From the NCBI GenBank assembly GCA_964016885.1, contig OZ024744.1:29016001-29080000 (forward strand): DNA of 64,000 nucleotides, read 5' to 3'. A program made the position numbers and the translations under genes. The notes below the pieces were generated by a model. The model ran no database searches. It saw only the letters and a list, made by a program, of their open reading frames with translations, and was not told the origin of the DNA. The DNA is from Eledone cirrhosa. Taxonomy: Eukaryota. This document shows, piece by piece, positions 55,477-64,000 of this stretch. How positions within the stretch are numbered: the stretch's first letter is position 1; every line of letters begins with the position of its first letter.

Positions 55477-56655
55477 AAAGCATCGTGACCGACGTGCAAG
55501 CAATCTGATTGGTCCTCGACCAATTCTTCAACGCTAAGCACGAATACTGCGGTGTCAGAGATAAGGCGCGTGCTCTAAGACACGAGGGGCTGAAAGCCGT
55601 TCAATTGGCCCGGGTGATGGAGGTGCGGCGTAGTAACAAAGCCACGATTCGATCTTTGGCGCATCACGGCGGGCACATATTAGTCGATCCCTAGCAGATG
55701 TGTGCGGCTTTTTAGCAGCACTTTACACTACTGTTTGGGAGCAGTAGTGGACTTGCAGCTCGGCACCTGGAGATGCAGATTCTTGCCATCCAACAGCGTG
55801 GTCTGGCGCTAGACGGATGAACCAGTTGAATTGCTAGGGGTCTGGTTTGGTCCAGACTTCCAGATGGACAGAAACTGGGAGGCGGTGACGAGCATGTTGG
55901 CCTCTATCAATCCAAAATGGGCCGAGAGAAAGCTATCCCTGAAAGGTTGCACCGAGGTGGTTAACGCGTACATCGTGTCCATCATCTACTATGGCCTGAC
56001 TGTCCTGCCTTGTCCTAAGCCTCGTCTGACAGCACTGGAACGTTTGCTCTTTCGCTTTTTGTGGAAGGGGCGTACTCCGATGGTTAGGCGTTCCATCTGT
56101 TGTATATTTGCTGAAAGGAGGATGAGTGTGGCGTGTGTGGCCCCGTGAACAGGCCAGCTCTGAGCATGCGCATGTAGGCTGGATAATTTGAGGAGAGAGA
56201 TACCCTTCCTGGGTGCCCTTGAAGCGTCGGGTCGTTCAGGATTGGTGGGGTACCTGAGTCGACTCTGGGTGGTTATCCCCCTATTGGGGAACTCTGTTGT
56301 TTGCATTTTTATTATTTTGTTATTGTAAGGGCGATGGATTGGCAGTATCGGTAGAGAGTCGGACGCCATGCTTTGACGGATAGAGTTACGGCCCTTGCCA
56401 TTCTGAGTTCAAATCCCGCCGAGGTTAACTTTGCCTTTCATCCTTACGGGGTCGATAAAATAAAGTACCAGTAATGCACCAGTAATTGCTGGCCTTGTGC
56501 CAAAAGTAGAAACTATTATTTTGTTATTGTTATTTATATTTTATCATTATATATGTAAGCCCCCACTGTTCCTGTCTAGTGTAATGTGCCCTATATGTAG
56601 GCCCTTGTGGCCAATAAAGAAATGATAAAAATAATAATTATTATTATTATTATCA
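55477..56655 (+). mobile_element. Older, internally deleted Tx1-type LINE remnant interrupted by a SINE
   Basis: LDQFFNAKHE... and LGVWFGPD...LSLKG... match copy 2. Internal jumps near 55752 (about 44570 to 45500) and near 56102 (about 45858 to 46680). The 3'UTR resumes after the SINE and ends GGCCCTTGTGGCCAATAAAGAAAT. Confidence 0.85.
56327..56513 (+). mobile_element. Full-length SINE with 17-bp target-site duplication
   Basis: TATTATTTTGTTATTGT at 56310-56326 and 56514-56530; body homologous to 47020-47210. Confidence 0.9.
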
Positions 56656-56699
56656 TTGTTATTATTATTGTTGTTGTTGTTATTATTTTTGTCCGCTTA

Positions 56700-57125
56700 T
56701 TTCTGGGATAGTTGTGTGGGCACAGCCCATACACACTTCTTCCAGTGGTTCCTGTCAAAAGCAACAATATCCAATTGATCTGACTGGATCCCCAGGCGTG
56801 ACCAGATGTGCTTATGGATTTATCCAACATCTTGCTCGGGGTCTACCTCTGGGTCTCCTACCGGTTAGTTTTTGCCCGTACAATCTGTTTCTTTTTCCTG
56901 GGACATTCTAACCACATTGCCATAGTTTCGAAGCTGTAATCTCTCGGAGATGTACCGCCTCTACCCGGAGCGACTCTATCGAGTAAGGTTACTTCAAGGA
57001 CCCATGAAGGAACCCTATTTCAACCGCTTGTATTCGCGATCGTATTCTTTCACTCATTACCCAAAACTTATGACCATAGTTAAGGGTTGGCTTCAATACC
57101 GAATTGAATACCAAGTTTGGTTGGG
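56700..57125 (-). mobile_element. RTE-clade LINE 3' fragment, minus strand
   Basis: 57016-57120 is the reverse complement of about 58449-58556. Further along, the minus strand encodes GQKLTGRRPRGRPRARCWINP, an RTE C-terminal basic motif. Confidence 0.65.
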
Positions 57126-57149
57126 AAATAGGTCCTCCTTCTTGCATTA

Positions 57150-58670
57150 GCGGTACGAGCGAGCACGAAGAATCGCAGCAGAGACAATAAAGGCGTCCAA
57201 AGTTAAGACATGGGAGGACTTTAGAAATAAGCTAGAATCCGACTTCAGATCAGCAAATAAAGTGTTCTGGCAAACCATCCGCTGACTTTTTAATTATAAG
57301 TCCTCCTCCATGCTTGCTATCAGGAACGCATCCTGGGTCCTTCTCTCTTCATAGAGGTGCATCCTCGCGAGGTGGAGAGAATACTTTGCTGATCTCCTGA
57401 ACACGATCACAACAGTATCCTCTGATGTACACGAGGTGTATCTGGGAAGGGTGGCTAATCGCTCAAAGGCTGAGGTCACAAGAGCTGTTCAAGAACTCAA
57501 ATGTGGCAAGCAGCTGGGAAAGATGAAATCCTGTCCGAGATGCTAAAAACCTTCAATAGAGAAGGTATTACCTGGTTGACTCGAGTGTGTCGGTTGGCCT
57601 GGATCTCTGCAAAGGTACCTAAGCAATGGCAATCTTGAGAGATAGTCTCAATTTTCAGGTTTTTCCAATTACAGGGGAATCTCCTTGTTAAGCCTCCCCA
57701 GTAAACTCTATGCTATGAGATTAGTAAATAGATGCAGGAAGATTGTGAAGTCCAAGCTAGCTGATGAACAGTGTTGATTTCGCCCCAGACGCAGCACAGC
57801 CACCCAAACGTTCACAATGCGACAGGTCTTTGAGAAATCGTGTATTACCAGAACCATATACTTGTTTTGTAAATGCATATGACTGGGTTCCTCGGGACTT
57901 GCAGTGGGAGGTTGTACAGGAGTATGGGATCGATGGTAATCTTCTCGCTGCCCTCTATGGACAAATGATGCTAAATCGAAACCATTCAATATGGATGTTG
58001 AACTCTGGCAAGGATGCGTACTGCCTCCTCTCCTGCTCATTATATTTGTGAACAGGATTGACATGCGCAGCCGGGTTGTGAGTGGTATCACGACTGGCGG
58101 GTGTAAAATCAGTTGGCTGGAATTTGCAGACAACCTGGTATTACTTAATCCGACAAAAGGTGATCTCCGACTTGCACTTAATAGGTTTGATGCCGAGTGC
58201 TGTACGGCTGGAATGAAAATCAGTGCTGTGAAAACTGAGACGCTCGTCCTTTCAAGGGAGCCTGCGCAGTGCACGTTACATGTGAATGGAGTTCTACTTA
58301 AGCAGGTGGAGAAGTACGAGTATTACAGGTCCACGTTTACGAGGAAGGAAGGCAGGATACTGAATTAAGAGCAAGAATTGAAAAAGTAGGGGCAGTAATG
58401 AGCCAGCTTCAGCATTCAGTAATCAGAAGAAAGAGGTAGGTGTAAAAGCCAAACTCTGCTATCTTCAATTCGGTTTTCGTGCCAACCCTTACCTATGGTC
58501 ATAAATCTTTGGTAATGACCGAAAGAATACGATCGCGAATACAAGCGACCGAAATGGATTTCCTCCAAAGACACTTTGTTACTCGACAGAGTGTGTAGCT
58601 CGGAGATCAGAGAGTCACTCCAGGTAGAGCTGCCACTTCTCCGAATTGAGAGACCATAGTTCCGATACAT
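57150..58670 (+). mobile_element. Heavily degraded RTE-clade LINE RT region
   Basis: NYRGISLLSLPSKLY, WQGCVLPPLLLIIF, EFADNLVLL (degenerate FADD), GMKISAVKTE, LKQVEKYEY; many stops and frameshifts. Confidence 0.8.
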
Positions 58671-58920
58671 CACCTAATGAGCCTATATTCTCTCAATTCT
58701 CGTTATCCTGTCCAAAACTGGTGTTTATAAGGTGAAACCATGGTCGGGATATTTATTATAAAAAGATAATTTTTGTTTTATCTTGCTTACTTGTCTCATT
58801 TTGAATCTATAACGCTCTGATTTAACTCAGTGAGCAAACATTGTATTTGATAGATAACTCTTGTGTGTATGTATGTATGTATGTATGTATGTATGTATGT
58901 ATGTATGTATGTATGTATGT

Positions 58921-61603
58921 TCGTGGAACTGAGTGCTGGACGGACCACCGCCTGGTACGCGCAAAAGTGAAACTAATCACTAAACGTAAAATCCGGGCTC
59001 CTGGTGTTGCCCTGCCCAGAAGATTGAATGCTGCGCGTCTTAAGGATAAAAATGTGAAGAGGACATTGGAAGAAGAGATGCAGGTTGCAGATCTTGGTGA
59101 GGATTGGCCGACCCTTAAAAAGTCGGTTTATGATGTAGGCAGGCGTGTTCTGGGATTGGCGCAGAGGAAACACCAGGACTGGTTTGATGAGAATGATGAA
59201 CATATAGAAGACTTGTTGACTGATAAGAGGCGTGCTCTGTCACGCTACTTGACGGCAAAACCACAGGAGAGGAATACGTTGCATGAGGAACTCGGGGATG
59301 TGAAATCACGTGTTAGGCGGAGTCTTTCTCAGATGAAGGATCAGTGGTGGAGTGAGAAGGCTGGTGAGATACAAACTGCGTCTGATACCAATAACACAAA
59401 GCTGTTGTACAGTCTCTTGCGTGAGGTTTATGGACCGTTTTCTTCTCTGGTGACACCGCTTCGCAGCAAGGATGGCAAAAAACTTCTTCGTGACTCACGA
59501 TGAATTTTACGAAGGTGGCGAGAGCACTTTGATGATCTTTTGAATCAGCCGTCTGTCGTCAATGAAGATTTCCTTAATCTCATTCCAGAAAGTCCTGTGA
59601 AAGTAGCTCTTGCAGAACCTCCGACGCTTGTGGAGGTTGCAGTGGCTATCTCGAAGCTGAACAGTGGAAGGTCTCCAGGTATGGGTGGCATACATGCTGA
59701 GCTCCTATAATATGGTGGTGAGAGACTCCTGCAACATATTCGCTCTTTGTTTGGCAGGATATGGTCTAATGAATCCGTACCTGAAGACTGGAGAGATGCA
59801 GTAATGGTGGTCTTGTACAAGGGAAAGGGTAACAGGAATGATTGTGGGAACTACAGAGGTATATCATTGCTTTCTGTCGTAGGGAAAGTTTTATGTAGGG
59901 TGCTTCTGGACCGTCTGCTGACACACATTGCAGATTGTGTTCTTCCTGAAAGTCAATCTGGTTTTCGTGCTGGACGCGGCACTACTGATATGATCTTCTC
60001 AGCTAGACAGCTCCAGGAGAAGTGCATGGAACAAGGTTTGGATCTGTATCAGGTTTTTGTCGATCTGACAAAAGCTTTCGATACTGTTAACAGAAATGCA
60101 TTATGGAAGGTTCTCCAGAAACTTGGTTGCCCTGATAAGTTCCTTGCTTTAGTTAGGTCTTTCCATGACGATATGAAGGCTTGGGTTAATGTCGGAGGTA
60201 ACATGTCGGAGCCTATCTCAGTAAAAAATGGAGTGAAACAGGGGGATATTCCAGCACCGACCCTGTTTGCCATATACTTTGCAATGATTTTCTGTATTGC
60301 ATTCAAGAATTGCGAGCATGGTGTTTACATCCGATATCGAACCTCAGGCAGTATATTCAACATCAGGCGCTTTGCTGCAAAGACAAAAGTATTTACATCA
60401 ATCATAAGAGACCTCTTGTATGCAGATGATTACGATCTTGTAGCGCACACAGAGAGTGATATGCAGCACATTTTGAATGCATTTTCTGATGCTTGCACTG
60501 CCCTAGGATTGACTGTCAGTCTCAAGAAAACCGTCGTCATGTACCAACCTGCCCCTGGTAAGCAGTACAGTGAACCAAATATCTATGTGTCTTGTAAACG
60601 ACTTGGAGTGGTTGATCAGTTTGTCTACCTGTGAAGCACTGTCGATCGATACAGCAACCTTGATAGTGAAATCTAACTTAGGATTAGGAAAGCAAGTGAT
60701 GCTTTCGGAAAGCTAGAAAGGCGACTCTGGGGTCGGCGAGACAGATGCAAGAAGACAAAGGTAAAGGTGTACAAGACATGTGTGCTCTCTTCTCTTCTTT
60801 ATGCCTGCGAGACCTGGGTCACATATCGACACCACCTTAAGCAATTGGAGCGTTTCCATCAGATGTGTCTCAGACGGATCCATGGCGTTCGCTGCAGGGA
60901 CCACATCAGTGATATCGAGATTTTGGAAAGCTCTGTGTGTGACAGTATATAAGCTCTTGTGCTTAAGCAACGACTCCGTTGGAGTGGTCACCTTGCCAGG
61001 ATGAAGGATTCTAGAATACCAAAACAACTCTTTTATGGAGAGTTAGTTAAAGGAAAACGACCGCCACATAAACCAAAAAAGAGGTATAAGGATTCCCCGA
61101 AAGCCTCTTTGAAAGACGCTAACATCTCTGCTGATACATGGGAAAATATTGCTGCTGATCGTAATAAATGGAGAAAGACTGTATATGAGGGAAACGTTGC
61201 CTTTGAGGCATCTCGAATCGCATACGAGAAAGTAAAGCGGGATGTGAGGAAGGGCATTGCTGTTGCACTTCCAGACGGCGAGGGTCGTCCTATGGTGCTG
61301 ACATGCAGCGTCTGTGTGAGACTCTGCCTAAGCAAAGCTGGACTCGAAAGTCATCTTCGCAGTCATAAAGTAAGACCAGTGGTTGACTACCAGGCTGCTG
61401 TTGGAGATGCTGCTCATCATGCTTGCCAAACATGTGGTAGAGAATGTAAATCAGCAGGAGGGCTCAAACGACATGGAAAAGTACATGAACTCCAACCACC
61501 ACAGCCGGCTATTCCCAGTGAATGTTTTGGTTGCCGACTCTGTGCAAGACATTTTAGATCATTGGCTGGGCTAAAAAGCCACATTCGATCGCAGCGCTGT
61601 TAG
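58921..61603 (+). pseudogene. RTE/BovB-like LINE ORF (end of APE, RT, three C-terminal C2H2-type fingers), 5'-truncated
   Basis: WTDHRLV, NYRGISLLS, QSGFRAGRGTTDMIF, FVDLTKAFD, GVKQG, LYADD, RLRWSGHL. One reading frame with in-frame stops at 59501, 59708, 60632, 60674 and 60950. Starts directly after (TATG)n. Confidence 0.93.
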
Positions 61604-61647
61604 TTGCTATCGTGTGTGTGTGTGTGTAGATATGTTTATGTGTGTGC

Positions 61648-61735
<88 letters not shown>

Positions 61736-61739
61736 TATT

Positions 61740-62652
61740 ATTGTTGTTGTTGTCGTTATTATTATTGTTGTTATTATTATTATTATTGTTTTTTGTATGT
61801 TATCTCTTTCTCTTTATTTCAAGTATATTTTTTTGACCGGCCACCTTCCTGGTGGCAAGGTTGTAAAAGAAAAGAAATTGTCATCCCTTGAATCACAAGA
61901 ATGTTTTGAAAATGTTAAAGGTGCCAGCTATCGCAGCCATTTGTAGACTATGAATTAGGGAGCTGCGCTCTTTGTCCGCAAATCCAATTTCAGTCATACT
62001 TTCGTCCGAGCCGGTTGGTATATAACCAGTAGCTCCAATAATGATGGGTATGAAGCTAAAGGTGTATCTTGGATACTGGAATTGTAAACTCATCAATCGT
62101 CCGTAGATGTCCTCCTCCTCCTGTATTTTTCTGACAACGTTTACATCAAGTGGGCAGCTGATCTCCACAACAGAACACGTTTTCAATGTGTGGTCCCAAA
62201 CAAAAATATCAGGCCGGTTGCGCTTTAATTTGGTAGCAGTTTTTATTTTCAGGTTCCACCAGTATTCCTTAGTGCCATCTGTCTCAATATATTCTTCCTC
62301 GTTTGTTTTCCGAAGTGCGTTCCAGATGGTTCTAGCTATCCCATCGTGTCTCATGGGGAGGTAGTAGCGAGATGACATTCTTTCGCAGCTGGCAACAATG
62401 TGGCTTACATCCTCGATCTTTGTTTTACATAGCCTACATTTATTGTCAGCTGATGGCCCTCCCCTTTTGTGCAGCAGATATTTGGTAGGGAGTTCTTGTT
62501 CCTGTATTGCATAGAGATATCCCTCAAGGTGTGATGTCATAAACTTGTCGGAACTCCATGCCAGGCTTTTTGAGTGGTTTATCCCCTCTATGGTCTGTGT
62601 TTTACGTCTCAAGTATCCATGCACAACTTTTTCTCTAAATTGGCCAATTTTT
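61740..62652 (-). mobile_element. R4/Dong-like non-LTR retrotransposon 3' part (CCHC plus restriction-like endonuclease), 3'UTR and (TAA)n tail
   Basis: CRLCKTKIEDVSHIVASC, RHD, NRPDIFVWD...VVEISCP (PD-(D/E)xK type); the minus-strand tail is AAT repeats. Confidence 0.85.
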
Positions 62653-62686
62653 GTATGTATGTATGTATGTATGTATGTATGTATGT

Positions 62687-63103
62687 ATGACCCCTTAGCC
62701 TTTGTCAAGGCAGAATTCTAGGAGAAGGAAAACTCTGATATAACACCTGCAACCCTGATGGTATCCAATGATGTTGTCTTGTTCTTCTTTTTGGTAAATG
62801 TCATCTTGGTTAAGAGAGTGGGACTGGCTTTGTGCAGTGCCTTTGCTCACTATAAAAGCTTCACGGCATAGGCATTGCTTTATATCTGGAGATCTCTCTG
62901 CATTTGTCATCACATGGTACCATGGGCTCAGCACTATGTGTCAATAATTGTCACAAGTGTAGTGTTTGTACCAGAGTTTTCAAGTCGCTGGCTGGACTAA
63001 AAGGTCACACTCGTTCAGCGTATCGGAAGGGGTTTTCCTACATGGATATAAAGTAGTGGCCGTACTCGAAAAAAGTTGGCAGCCACCATGTATGTATGTA
63101 TGT
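62687..63103 (+). mobile_element. Non-autonomous (TATG)n-tailed retroposon, 5'-truncated
   Basis: Near-identical to 52252-52660; (TATG)n on both sides. Confidence 0.85.
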
Positions 63104-63326
63104 TCTTCTGGTTTTATAATTTCACAAAGTTTTAACAATAGAGAGTCGGTTTCTAACATAGACACAAGACTCTCTCATTGGAATTTACACAACATCAACT
63201 AGGTAGATATGTATGTATGCATGCATGTGTAGATATGAATGTTATTGTATGTGTGAATGTGTATGTTTTGAGTTCTATCCGTGCATGTGTATATACTTTG
63301 CATCTGTACATGTGTATATGCAGTTA

Positions 63327-64000
63327 TTAGATGCAAATTATTTGGAATGTTTTACATATTTTTCCTGTTCCATTAATGGATTGTACTTGTAATTTCCTAA
63401 CTAGTTGTGTTCTTTCTGCTCCTGTGAAGCCCAGCTTCTCGAGATTTGTATTGAAACAGTTACTAACATAACCCAGTGCCCCAATAATCACAGGCATAAA
63501 TCTGAATGTGTAATCAGTGTGGAATATCTGCAGATTTCTCATAAGTTCTGCAAAAATATTCTCCTTTTCGCTAATCTTTGATATTATATTGGCATCTGCT
63601 GGGCAGCTGACTTTTACTACTGTGCATGCTTTCTTCTCCCTGTCCCATATCATAATATCTGGTCTGTTATGCCTGCATTTTATTGGGGTTTTTACTGGAA
63701 CATTCCACCAGTACTCTTTCATATTATGTATATGTATGTCTGATTTCATTGTAGTGTTTTGGCCTCTACATCATGCCTCATGGGTAGATAGTACCGCGAT
63801 GACATCTTTGGACAGCTGCTTATGACATGGGTGATATATTCGAAGTTAATTCTGCAGAGTCTGCACTTTTTGTCACATCTAGGTGTTTTGCTCGCATCCC
63901 TATCTCTTTTGTGAATTAGGTATTTCGTGTTGATTTCCTGTTCTTGGATTACAAAAGCGTATCCTTCAAAGTGGGAGCCAATATAGCGGTTATTTGTCCA
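63327..64000 (-). mobile_element. Second, divergent R4/Dong-like LINE 3' coding fragment, running off the window
   Basis: EYWWNVPVKTPIKCRHNRPDIMIWDREKKACTVVKVSCP...FMPVIIGALG...ICKTF, paralogous to the 61893-62708 ORF. Confidence 0.82.

Noticed and set aside
61290-61603. Host zinc-finger transcription factor exon
   Set aside because: In frame with and contiguous to the RTE reverse transcriptase; lacks canonical linkers.

Overview
Gene-free, repeat-dominated eukaryotic DNA. The SINE families and the (TA)n/(ATT)n/(TATG)n content suggest an octopus-like cephalopod (inference from recall). Bases 1-33.75 kb are one satellite array of about 700 copies of a 48-bp monomer with mosaic higher-order repeats. 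Its last monomer runs directly into the 3' half of a SINE, so the array looks like the amplified interior of one SINE copy. Bases 33.75-64 kb are nested mobile-element debris. Retroelements: tRNA-derived SINEs, two tandem Tx1-type LINEs (one near full length) plus two older Tx1 remnants chained through (ATT)n tails, a non-autonomous (TATG/CAT)n-tailed retroposon family, and CR1, RTE and R4/Dong-like LINE fragments. DNA elements: a non-autonomous Helitron, TIR/foldback elements, a piggyBac-type MITE and a Tc1/mariner relic. A type I hammerhead ribozyme with a branched stem II lies at 36959-37082. No host protein-coding gene is supported.
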